A stretch of 63,967 bases of DNA, counting the filler. It is 4 parts of 4 records of this genome, joined end to end, with 100 filler letters (N's around TTAATTAATTAA, not from the genome) between each part and the next. Parts side by side here need not be neighbours in the genome. Positions count along the whole stretch, not along the records: positions 1 to 20,658 come from SRR20825019_806; 3 more parts are not named here. The stretch is one strand, 5' to 3'. Shown piece after piece: positions 1 through 11,400 of this stretch. Under the pieces are notes generated by a model. It saw only the letters and a program-made list of their open reading frames with translations, made no database searches and was not told the origin of the DNA. The translations under genes were made by a program, and so were the position numbers. Within the stretch, counting starts at the first letter, position 1. Every line of letters begins with the position of its first letter.

Positions 1-1
1 A

Positions 2-1189
2 GAGGTCAAGCCAGAGGTCAAGCCAGAGGTGCAAGAGGTGAAGTCACAGAGCCCCTCTTCCCCAAAAAAGATTGCTGCATCCCCGAACACATACACTCCC
101 CCCATCGGTGTTAGTCAACCTAAGACAACGCAGGAGGGATCAACAGTGAAGGCCTCATCCGATACAGTGGCATCAAACTATGAACGCACCACAGATGATA
201 AGGACGCAGCCGAGCACCCCGCTGAGAAGATTCATTATAGCGTCGCTGCCGAGATCGTGCCAGAAGTTGGGAAGTCCAATGGTTCGCCGTCTGCCCCGGA
301 TGTGCCCCCCGCTACTGCAGACCTTAATAGCTCCAAGAAGCCAGATGCCGCGCCAGTTGCACAGGATAAGAATGGTGCTGCTGGGAAAACATTGGATGAT
401 CACACACAAGTTCAGGCAAGCATTGATGATGGGAAGCTCCCTGCTTTGACTGGTGGGAAATCGCTCTCTGATCCCTCGAAGGTTCAACCGACCATCACTC
501 GAGATGGTGTGGTTGTAAAACCCGCTGCAGATGGTGCTTCGGCTGATGAGAACGACGAAGTCAAGCCTACAGAAGTAGCTGGCAAGCCCATTAATGACAA
601 GGTATATGTGAAGGCAAGCGTGGTGGATGGCTCTGCTCCAAATGCTCCTGGTGCGACTGATTCGGGGAAGGATGGGAACACTCAGAAAGATAGTTCCGAG
701 GGCGCATCATCACCCAGTTCTAGTGCCGCCGCTGGAGGTGGTGCTGCAGCTGCTGCTGCTACTGCCCAGAATGCCAAGTCTCCAGCTGATGCTTTGAAGG
801 ACGAACCTCAAACTGACGATAGTGGTCCGATCCATCATCGCCAACCGGATATGCCGTTCAGAGCTCCGCCTTTCACTCTCCAGGATGAACACGAGCTGTC
901 TGTCATGCAAAATGTGGGTTTGGATGAACTCAATTTCCTTGAGAACGATGACTTGGCCGCGGTTCCTGAAAATATCGACCGAGACCACGCCGCCATTGCT
1001 GATGCTTTCAAGGCAGGAGAAGATATGAAGAAGGTTGCAAATCGGGTGGAGAAATACGAAAATTCGAAGTATGCCTTGCGGGAAGCGGGAGAGCAGAGGG
1101 AAGCGTTTGCTAAGGCTGTGCAGCGGGCGGCCGCAGAGGATGCTTCTGAATATCGTTTGCTGAACAATCTTCGCCATTCTCGCGAGTAA
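2..1189 (+). CDS. Low-complexity Pro/Ala/Ser/Asp-rich hypothetical protein, 5'-truncated by the window edge
   Basis: Frame is open from nt 2 (EVKPEVKPEVQEVK...) to TAA at 1189. Helical/coiled C-terminal end. Converges on WDR43 with a 34-nt gap. Confidence 0.7.
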   Translation, partial: EVKPEVKPEVQEVKSQSPSSPKKIAASPNTYTPPIGVSQPKTTQEGSTVKASSDTVASNYERTTDDKDAAEHPAEKIHYSVAAEIVPEVGKSNGSPSAPDVPPATADLNSSKKPDAAPVAQDKNGAAGKTLDDHTQVQASIDDGKLPALTGGKSLSDPSKVQPTITRDGVVVKPAADGASADENDEVKPTEVAGKPINDKVYVKASVVDGSAPNAPGATDSGKDGNTQKDSSEGASSPSSSAAAGGGAAAAAATAQNAKSPADALKDEPQTDDSGPIHHRQPDMPFRAPPFTLQDEHELSVMQNVGLDELNFLENDDLAAVPENIDRDHAAIADAFKAGEDMKKVANRVEKYENSKYALREAGEQREAFAKAVQRAAAEDASEYRLLNNLRHSRE

Positions 1190-1223
1190 TTCATAGATAA
1201 AAACACATTAGATTGCATTCCGT

Positions 1224-3164
1224 TTAATCGTCATCTTCCATATCGCTGTCATCGTCATCATCGTCATCATCTTCGCTATCATCATCACCCTCGCTATCTT
1301 CGTCGTCCTCTCCCATTTCCATGTCGTCTCCCAGATCATCCTCATCTTCTTCATCTGAATCGTCATCCTCATCGCCCATATCGGCCCCCTCTACATATAT
1401 TGCTCCCGTCCCCGCAGCAACACCAGATGCTGCGGCCTGCTGCCCAATCTGCGAAACAACAAGATCAAGTCTGCCATTCAACTTCAGCAGTTTCTTGAAG
1501 ACTTGCAGGCGGGAATCCATGGTTTGGTAAAGCCCAGACAGGTGCTTTACAAGGTCCGGAACCGTCATCAAATATGAAGAATGTGTTACAAGAACCGCTC
1601 TGATCCAAACAACCAAAGTAATGCCGCGGCTGGGCTTGGCCTGAAACTTGACAACAACTTTGTTCAAGAAAGGCACAACGTGTTGGGTAGGCAGGCGCTG
1701 AACAGAATTCTGAATGGTCACCGGGTCTGTTACTCCGAGACAATACTCAAGAAGGTCGTTGTCATCAGATTGCAACGCCTGGATAAGCAGGGCCAGCAAG
1801 GAATCGGCTTTCGGCGTATCTTTCTTGTCAATTCTGGGCAGACCATCCTTTGTCCTGTGTGCGGCTGGGAATCCGAGCGCGGCGACCTTTTCCGCCAAAC
1901 TATCCTGCTCCATATCACCCTGGTTCTTTGCCTTAGGGTCTGCCATTTTCATTCCTGCAGGACCGGCCACCTTGACCATTTCTTCAGAAACAGCGGCGCT
2001 CTTCTTGCCCTCAGCTCCCTTGGAGCCCAACAATACACCGCCATCCTTGCGGGTCAGCTTATGCTCGGAGACCATCGTTCCATCCTGCACACACACCACA
2101 CGCTCGAAGGCTGGCTTCACGCCAGTTCCATGTGCAACTAGAACCTCTTCGTCTCCAACAATCTTACACGAGAGCACCTCTCCACTGGCCGCCTTTAAAT
2201 GGGCGTCAGGGGACGAGGATCCATCGGTAGACGAAACAGTAAAACCGTCCCAAACATGGACGGACTGTGCATGGCAAGCAACCAATCCAACCTTTGACGC
2301 CCCCTTCTTCTTTTTTGATTTACCTGCGGCCGCAACAGAAGCAAGCTCGACATGCGATGGAGCCAATGGCAACGTGAAGGCCTTTGCGTCCGCCGTGCCG
2401 TCGGCAGCAGCATCCCACACACTTACAAATCTGTCGTCGCACGCAGACACGAAGTATTTGCCATCCGGAGAGAACGACAGAGATGTGACAGGAGTTGGAT
2501 GCCCAGCATACTTCTTGAGAACCTCCTTTGAGCTCAAATCCCACTGCTTGATTGCAGACGAGGCTGTCAACAGCGTGGAGTTATCAGGGGAGAGTGCCAG
2601 GCGTTGAAGGCCATGCTTGTCGGCCTTGAATTTGCTAAGCATAGAATCAGTATTGCACCACATGCATTCATGCCAGAAAATAAAGCTACCTTGCAACAGA
2701 TCCTGTCGATAAATCCCACTCGACAACGTGTTTATCCTTTGAGCAGGAATAAAGAACCGTCGCAGATTGATTGAACACAACGCAGTTCACCCTTGACGAG
2801 TGACCCTCCCCATTTTCACCGAGGCGGTGCAACACCTCATTCGTTGATATGTCCCAGACAACAATCACGCCCTTATCAGTCCCTACAGCCAAATACCCGG
2901 AGCTGCTCGGCTGTTTCGATTTCTTTCCTTTGCGAGGAGCACTCTGTGGAAACGTTAGTGATATTGAGACAGTTTCGTTTGCATATCACACACCGTGTTC
3001 CCCCACGCCAAGCAGGTGTATACAGCGGCCAAATGGTCCTTGTCCGTCAACTGGAACCGGAGAGCAGCAGTGCGGGTGTCCCATACCCTTACACGACCAT
3101 CACTGCCAACCCCATAAAAAGAGTCTCCGAGGAGGTCAAATGCTGACAACACACCAGACGACAT
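1224..3164 (-). CDS. WDR43: WD40 small-subunit processome protein WDR43/UTP5, 3 exons
   Basis: ATG at 3164. GT-AG introns at 2944-2993 (CACTAAC branch motif) and 2635-2689 restore the frame. WD repeats, Utp12-type C-terminal domain (LLIQALQSDDNDLLEYCL...KLNGRLDLV) and an acidic tail. Confidence 0.9.
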
Positions 3165-4008
3165 TGTTCGAGAGGACTAATGAACTCGCCGAGGTCAGGT
3201 ACAAATAAATGAGCGAGCGCGACCGACCGTCAAGAATCACCTGCACTGACATGGCCGAGCCTGCTCAGCCTGTATGATCACCGTCCTGTCACGCTCGGCC
3301 GTCGTCCGCAGTGCCAACCCGTCAGACAATAATTGGTGTGAAGTAAGTAATGATGCAAGACTCGCCAGTTTCAGGGGGGGCCTAAGTGCCTAAAAATGAA
3401 CGTCCCGGACTGATACCGCGGATAATATCGATCATAATCGTATCGGTCGTTGCTATGAAACCCGTATGCATGGGATATGTCCAATAAAAGTTAAGGCCAT
3501 GGTGTTCCACTCGCAGCTCTCCTCTAATCTTGCTTAACGAATAATCTGCTAATAATGTATTTTGACAATGTCTTGCCGCAGCCTCGCCAACCACACGACT
3601 GCTTGAACTCCAGGCCGCCGCGTGGCAAGCAATCAATCCACTCGACATCACTGCCCCACCCCGGGCAGGCGGCGGCTGGCACTGATCTGGATGATACATG
3701 GAACAGCGATGACATCCATGTCTAGGAGTGCTGTGTCATCACTGGCCTCACTGGTGCCGGCATTCAGGCCCGCGCCAGTTCGCTAGCACCGCCCCGCTGC
3801 TTGATCGCTGGAGAGGCGTGGCTCCGGCACTTGAAACGCGCTGACAGCGCGGAGTGGCACGGGACAACTAGCTAGTACTTGCCCTCAGTTCGGCTTCTGA
3901 AACCACAACGGAGCCAGTTCCGAAGAATCTTTTCAAGTCTTTCAAGAGTTGATACACGCGGAGTATATATGCACACAGGTCTCTGCGGGTGATGGATCGC
4001 AGCGCCTC

Positions 4009-4491
4009 ATGTCGAGCACCGAGGAGACACGCCCGTTTGTGTCACCAAGAAAGGATAATCCTGTCGTAGGAATTCGGGGGGTGTTGTTATCCTTGGGCAT
4101 CGTTATTCACGAAGCTTCAAAGAGAAAATCAATGGAGAAAGAGGAGTCTGAGCCCGGGTGCCTGTGCAGGCTTTGTGCGAGAATCGGCTGGTGGGGATGG
4201 CTGATCATATTTTTGTTTATCGTTTTGGAGGCTGTTGTCATCGCACTTGCTGTCGTGGTTATGCTTCAGCGCCAGCCATTGTATATCAACGTGATATTGG
4301 TATCCGCGGTTTTTATTGTTTTGTTCGTTGCACTGTGCACACTGGGGTGCATCTTGCGATCGCAGCTAGAACCTCCTCAGTTTGATAGTGAAGGTGAAGA
4401 TGACCTCATGGAGGATGGTTTGTATGGAGACGGCGGTTCTTCAACACATGGATCCGGGAGGTCATATACTGTTCTGGCTTCTGGTACTTGA
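4009..4491 (+). CDS. Small membrane protein with two hydrophobic helices, function unknown
   Basis: ATG at 4009 within ORF 3949-4491. Two long hydrophobic stretches (WWGWLIIFLFIVLEAVVIALAVVV; VILVSAVFIVLFVALCTLGCIL). A short in-frame intron near 4067 is possible. Confidence 0.6.
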   Translation: MSSTEETRPFVSPRKDNPVVGIRGVLLSLGIVIHEASKRKSMEKEESEPGCLCRLCARIGWWGWLIIFLFIVLEAVVIALAVVVMLQRQPLYINVILVSAVFIVLFVALCTLGCILRSQLEPPQFDSEGEDDLMEDGLYGDGGSSTHGSGRSYTVLASGT

Positions 4492-4588
4492 GAAAGTACT
4501 GGTGACGAGGAATGCTTTACTATAAGGACTAACGGACAGTGTTGCTTGGGACTCCTTCTCGTTCAATGCATTTGCATGTAGGAGCCTT

Positions 4589-5715
4589 CTACAGTTCTTC
4601 TTTCCTTGGTGAATTCTTGTAGGTTTTTGGGCCTTTCGGCTTATCAATCTTGGGGTCACGCCGGGGAAAGGCTGCCTGAATATGCTTTCCAAACAACTCC
4701 AAGTCGGACCCATCCTTGAAGAAAGAGTGATCTGCCGCCCAAGTTAGGCGTGAACGAGAGACTCATAAGCCAAATGCCTACTTTGACCTGGTGAATTGTG
4801 GGTTTCCACAAAGTACCCTGCCTTCGCCATAATGCTATATCCTTCGAAAGCCCAGTCGAACGGAATCAACGGATCGTTTTGGTGGTTAAACACTAAGAAC
4901 TTGACTCGACTGGATGCAGGATTCCGCCCTTACGTTTCTATCAGTTTTGTGCAATAACATAAAACCCATGATTGCATGCTCACCGGGTATCTTTTGTGGA
5001 AAGTTTTCTCTTTTCATAAGGTATCCACTGTGTGCCATTACGAACCCAAGAGGCCACGGGGTGGTAAGGCCTATCATAATTGCCACTGACGGCATGCAGT
5101 CAACTACAAGGACAACAGATGGAACTCCGCCTATGCTTACTTGCCGCCCCTTGACTGAAGCCTCCCACCACCACTCGATGATATCCCCCATACTTTTTCG
5201 CTTCATTGGATACAACTTCGTGAATCATTTTCATACTCTTAGAACCATATGGCAAAATGAGCAATAGAATTTCTATATATGAGTGAACCCCTTACGTCAT
5301 GGATGCCTTCATCATCGTCCCTCAAATCAAACTTGTCTGACCCGGTGCCAGGCCAGACATTGTACCATGCGCGACTCTTTTGGCCACGATTTACAGCAAT
5401 TTCTCTTTCTGGTGCGTTTGGGGTTACAAGGTCAACCCAAGGTGGAAGCATTCGCTTAAAATCATCGAAATCGCTTCCACTGGCGCCCAGGCCGTGAAGC
5501 ATCACTAGAGAGCGGAAATTAGGAGAAGTACTGCGACTCCGACTTGTACTGACCTAGTGACGCAGTTTTCGGCACTTCGGTCTCAGTTGCACTAACTAGT
5601 GACGCTGGAAGGACGCTAAGCTAAGTCGTGGTGGGACTCCATCAATCGGCTCACTGCCCCACTCACCAGTGAGCGTCGTGGCCAAAAGACACAGTGCTAA
5701 CGCCCCGCTTCTCAT
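4589..5715 (-). CDS. Phospholipase/carboxylesterase (acyl-protein thioesterase family), multi-exon, with signal peptide and C-terminal KEEL
   Basis: Spliced model: MRSGALALCLLATTLTASLVSA..., LHGLG, PNAP...RAWYN, nucleophile motif VGGFSQGAA (about 5140-5175), DPLIP, DHS, ending ...PRKEEL* at 4589. First intron 5605-5666. Confidence 0.8.
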
Positions 5716-7360
5716 AGTGCTTCAAACACTCCGCGCTGCCTCTCACTCGTTACCAGCCATTTCTGTGCCTCCATTATGTGAAGGTTACGCTGATCCTCAT
5801 GGTGATCGGGCTGCGACTACCACCTAACACTGAACCGCTTCCGTGCCCGGCCCGGTGCCATCCGCGCGGCCGCGCCAGTTTTGGCCGCGCCGGCCTGGCC
5901 GACCCTGCACCGGCCGGGCCCGACTCGAGCCCTCATGATCAGCGCCGGCCCGCAGGGACGCGGGGACGACGCCCGGCGGCCCGGGGCGCCGCGGGCCGGA
6001 CCGGCACGGGGCCGCCGCCTGCGGCGCCGCGGCGGGCGCCCGACTGCGAGCCGGCCGGCCCGGCGCCCGGCCGGGGCACTCACCGGCTGGGATGTCACTC
6101 AGTGTGATTGCCGCCGCGCGCCGGCGCCGCGCGGCTGAGTCATGTAAGTAAGTAAGCCGGTTACTTTTATGTAACCAACCTATACTCTTCAAGTTATGTT
6201 TTGGAGTTCCATGCCCCTATTTATTAAATGCTACCGTAGTGTTGGTGGGTGGGTGTTGCTCGCGGCTAACTGGAAGAAGCTGTTCAGTGTCGCGGTCAAC
6301 CGCGTGTGGGTGCACGAGCGCAACCGGGACCGGACGACACTGAGGCCACAGCGCCGGTCAGCACGGCGGCTGGGCCGGACCGGGCCCTTGGCACTGGCAC
6401 CCGGGTCACCGGCTCGCCGAGCGAGCCCCCCGGGGTCGGGCCGCAGCCGCCGGCGAGCCAGCCCTCAGGCACTGGCAGAGCTGACATGGCAAAGACTGTG
6501 TGACCGGGCCCCGGCACTCATGACTCATCACTGACCGGCAGGCCCGGGCCCGGCCCGAACACTGAGATCTGGGCTGTCAGTGTGGATGATGAAGGCATCA
6601 TATATGACTCACTCGCCGCTCGTGGTCTAGTAGAGCTGGGTCACTGACTGTCCGTTCCAGTCCCGACGGATTCCCGCCGCTTGGCGCTCAGTCTGACCCG
6701 GGCTACCTGTTCACTACGCACTCCGCCGTTGAGGATGGCCAAAGACTGCTGACTGACTAGTGATAACCTGGGCAGGGGCCCTCAGCTCAACCGAGCGCCA
6801 GATGAGCACCATGGGGACAACTCCTCGCGAAGCATTCGGTACTACCAAGATACAACTTACTCCCCATAGACCGGACGCGTGCCAAGTGATGACTCATGAC
6901 TGAAGTGATAAGTGGTCGATGGCCGGCACTAGCCGGGACAGTACACACTGGAGTCGTAACTTACGGGCAAGTCCGCAAGGCCATGCACGGAGGACTGAAT
7001 GGGATGCACTGCCGTTCCAGCTACGGTGTGATGCCCCCGAGACTTACCCACTGGCCAAGCCGTTCGAGACCACTAGCCGCTGTACCTGGCCACCCCAAGC
7101 CGTTGGCCGAGAGTGGCAACCTGTGACCATATTTGACACGCACTCTCACCATATTACAGTGGACTAATCGAGCCCCAGGCATGGTCGATCCGTGAACTAA
7201 TGTAACCCCAACCCTCACAGTACCCTCAAAGTCGAAGCGACGATACCAACAGATTTAGATATGAAATCATTGCAGCTCAGCCCAGCGAGGATGTTGAGCA
7301 ATGTGTACCGAGGACGACCCTACCGGAACCACTTGTGCTACTAGCTACTACATCAACCGA

Positions 7361-7648
7361 CTAGTCTGCTTTGATGTCTTTCTCGCCGCCGTCAGGTACA
7401 CTTTCCCCACTGGGCTTTCTGCTCTTCAGCAAATGGTACTGATTATAAAGATATCTGCCAGTAAAAAAGTCCAAGAAACTGAAACTTGAGTTCTGATATA
7501 GAAAAGCATCAAAAAAATATTGCTACAGGTGAACAAACACAGAGAGTACCTCGGCAACAACCCGTGCCCCCTGAATCCCTACTGCCAACGTGAGAAGCGC
7601 GACGACTGCAGAAAGCCCTGCAACAACAAATCGCATAGGACACACCAT
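7361..7648 (-). CDS. 76-aa two-exon membrane microprotein (MVCPMRFVVAGLSAVVALL...LDFFTGRYLY), absent from the ORF track
   Basis: Exon 1 7550-7648, GT-AG intron 7493-7549, exon 2 7361-7492, in frame. TATAAAA lies about 45 nt upstream. Confidence 0.7.
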
Positions 7649-7692
7649 CTTGCGTTGTTCTTCTGGAGAGAGTATGGATGTCCTGCCTGGGG

Positions 7693-7701
7693 TATTTTAT
7701 A
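7693..7701 (-). promoter_or_regulatory. TATA-box-like element upstream of the microprotein
   Basis: TATAAAATA on the minus strand, between a GC-rich island and the ATG at 7648. Confidence 0.4.
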
Positions 7702-8431
7702 GGGAGCTGAGTTCGGGGCGGGCGCCTCGTAGGGAAGCCATGGCGCACCCCTTCTCAGTCCGGGTGCGTTTTCCGGGCTTCACTTACTGTGCCTCTGACC
7801 AGTGCCAGGATAAGCTGCTGCGATGGCTCACTTGCCCGGGGCCGCACCATACCGACCCCATTGGCCGTGTGACCTAGCCAGGCACCAGGCAAGCCGGCAG
7901 TCAGTAGGCCGGGCGCTCCCCTGCGAGCTGGAGATCCTCGAAGGCCGCCAACTTAACTGAGGTACCGACCCGGAAACCGGGAAAAGCGAGCCGCCGCGTG
8001 CGCCATGGGGACCAGTGCCGCGTCGCGATCCGGCCCGGGCTGGCCCGACGTCAGCCGCTGGCTCAGTGCAGGGCGGTCGGCCTGACGCGGCTGACCGGCG
8101 CGTGCTCACACAATGGCCCGTGGTGCCGCCGGAGACCTGTGGCTGATGAACCGCCTCTCACGGTGCTTCGGAAATTTGCGTTATCACTGCACCGGAGGGA
8201 CGCCGGGAGGCGTCACAATCGTCACAGGAGCAGTGCGTGCCAGCAGCCAGCACCGGGCGTGGGTGCGCTGGCGATTGTCGTTTCGAGCCTCGGACAAACA
8301 TCGCCGCGCAGCAGGCCACCAAGAACTCATCAGAGACTGGCGGTGCCATCATCGGATCGCTGTGGCCCTACTCCTCACAGTCCCACTTCGAGACCTTTCG
8401 GCTTCAGAAGCAAGTGATTCTACCCTCGATT

Positions 8432-11400
8432 TTAATCAGAATCCTCCTGAGGCAAATCCGGAATCGCCTGATCTGAAATAGATCCAAATATAGGCATTTC
8501 GTTATCAAACGAATCTCGGTTCTTTCCCGCAGATTTGACAGGGAGCTTTTTGGCAAGTTTGGCCCCTGTTCCAGCAAGCTGTCTGCCTCCCAAAAACTTG
8601 CTCTTGGTAATTCTCCTAACAATGTGTTCGGTTTTGTTGACTCGCTTCGAGATATATGAAACCTTCTCCTCAGTAACAGACTGCAGCCTGTTCATCTCGG
8701 ATCGTAGCCGCATCAATTGTGCCTTCTGATCTTTAGCTTCTTCCTCAACCATGCTAAGGATTCCAGACATGGCGACAGCAATATTCCCGCTCGCGAATTC
8801 ATCCTGATCCTTCACCACCATAGACGGACACCAACTTCTTTTTTCTTCGTCGAAGTCGTCATAACGCAGCATTTTCGTGTAGTACATCACATAGTGGCGC
8901 TGGTAGAACAATGATCTAATAATCAAATCCTTGAAAGGAGTGGCGCTGGGGAGATATCGAATGCACAGTTTGTGATACCACTTATGACTAGCGGAATCTT
9001 CACGGCTGAAATTAAGGAAAGGAAACAGCCTTTTCGTAATACTACTGTGGACAATATACCTTCCAAGCGTGAAGCCACTGTCTCGCGGAATAACCTTGAC
9101 AATTGCATCACCCCTGTCCACCAAAAATTCATTATCAGCGTCCTGTCTAACGCTCTCGTAACTGGTTGTCATGGTTGCAATGAGAAGATTCAGAACAATA
9201 ATAGGGCCAATTAGTGTAAACATCACAAAAAACGAAGTCAGAATAGTATTATCTGCTTCCACGATGGTGTCGAAGTCCATATCTCCCATAAGGCCAGAAA
9301 ATAATCCCCATAGAGTGCCCAGGAAGCTTGAGTGGCCCGGAACATGTACGTCCATCATGAAAATTCCCAGACCAAACATCACCATGAACACAAACAACAA
9401 AAAAGAGAACTCCAATAAACTCCAGCACATGCGTACAAGCACGCGCACAGATGTAGACGTCACTCGAAACGCAGTCAAATACTCCAAGGCACGCAGCCAG
9501 ACCACCAAAATCAGAATAGCGAGCAAGTGGCGAGATCCACTCAAATCAGCTTCGAAATAGAATGGGATGCAAACAAATACAAGGAAATACTGAGAGTAGT
9601 CAAACCAATTCCACGGTGATAGAATGTAATTCACCAATTGACGGCCACGCAGCGCATTCAGAAATTCTCTGGATTCACTACGAATCTCCCACCCATTGCA
9701 AGCAAGGATAATGAATCCGAATGTTCTCCGCAATCGCATCACCTGCTCATTAGTGTGTATTGAACCTAATCCTCGTGAAAAGACAATCCACGTAAGGCAG
9801 AAAACAAGAACTCCGTGGACAATTGTATCTAGGATAAAGCGACGCCGAGCAAACCTCCGCCAAAGCGCATCCAACATCACAGACATAGATGGGTGTCCAA
9901 GAATCGTCTTGTTTCTCGACCCTAGAACTTGGAGCAAGGCCGTTTCTCCGTCGCGGCTCATCAGAAACTCAAAATTCTTTTGGGAAAGCGCGAAGTCCAT
10001 AAAAACACGATGTCCATCCGCGGTAGGCATTTTCTCGCCGTGCTGAAAACGATACAATACGTCAGATAGAGTCTTCTCGGATGCTCCCATATCGGCAAGA
10101 TGAAGTATCAACGGACGTTGCGCACTGTTCTCTGAAGGACCCCCTTGCTCTTCTTCAGCAACATTTTCTGCCAAATGGAAAGGATGAATACCCCCCTGAT
10201 ATGAAAAGAATGTATTGACAAGTCCTTGGGTGGCATCGCCACCCCTTGCCGCAATACTCATAGCAGAGAGGCCATCTGCGTTAACACGTAGAGGATCGGC
10301 GCCACGGGAAAAAATAAACTCAGCAATGTCGGTATTGTTTCGAGGATTGTGCTCACAGGCAAGAATCAAGGGAGTATTTTTCCTCGCATCAGGTTGCTCG
10401 ATATCAGCGTGCTGGTCCTCGACGAAAAATTTCACAACATCTAAATGACCACCAATGATTGCATATGACAGTGGGGTGCGCTTCTCCGTGTCCATGTAGT
10501 TGGGTTCAGCACCTTGTCGAATGAGCACCTTCACAATACTCTCGATGCCTCCCATGCACGCATGGTGGAGTGGCGTGCGGCCCCGCTTGTCGCACACTTG
10601 GATGCCAGCCTTGTTCTTAATAAGCATTTGGCACATGGTGAACAACATTTTCTCCATTACGGTCTTTGCATCATCCGTGCTCGTCTGATATGATCTCCAG
10701 CTTTCAAAAGAACCAATCATGTGAAGAGGGGTCTCCCCATTGTTGTTACGGCGATCCACTATCGCCATTGCTGACAAGAGCCGGATCACAATGTCTAATT
10801 TCCTTTCGTGATTGGTGGCAGAATGCTTGTCGTCTGTATGATGCGAAGGATGAGGATCCTTGCGTACTGTTATATGAAGGGGGGTATTCCCGTGCTTATC
10901 GCCGCAATTCACATCAAGTACCTGATGTTTGTGCTTCTTGGCAAGATGGAAAAAGTGCTCCAATAGAGATACATTATTAGTTTGAACAAGTAGATGAAGA
11001 GGGGTCTTCCCATTGATGTCGTACATGTTGACAAAGGAAAAATCACCGAATTCCCTACCAATGCCTCCCAACACAGGCATTTTCCTTCTCTTTTCTTCCT
11101 TAAACAAGTATTCCAAGACTCTCTTTTTCCTTGGCAAAATCGACTCATCGCAATCTACATCTACAGCATGATGCAATGGTGTGCGCTCATCTACATCGAA
11201 CTTCACACGCTCACACTTGGCATCTAGCAGCAGCCGGATGCATTCATCGTTTGCCTCTTTGGCCGCAAGATGCATCGGTGTGCGATTAAAAACGTCTCGT
11301 GCATCATTGGCCTGCTTTCCGGAATGTTCCAACAGAACTTGCAATACCGACCTCCCCATATTGTTGGGCAGGCTTGCCGCGATGTGAAATGGCGTTCGGC

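Noticed and set aside
1-45. AGAGGTCAAGCC tandem repeats as a CRISPR or satellite
   Set aside because: Only about two 12-nt copies, no spacers, and they encode in-frame PEVK repeats. No CRISPR array was seen anywhere in the window.
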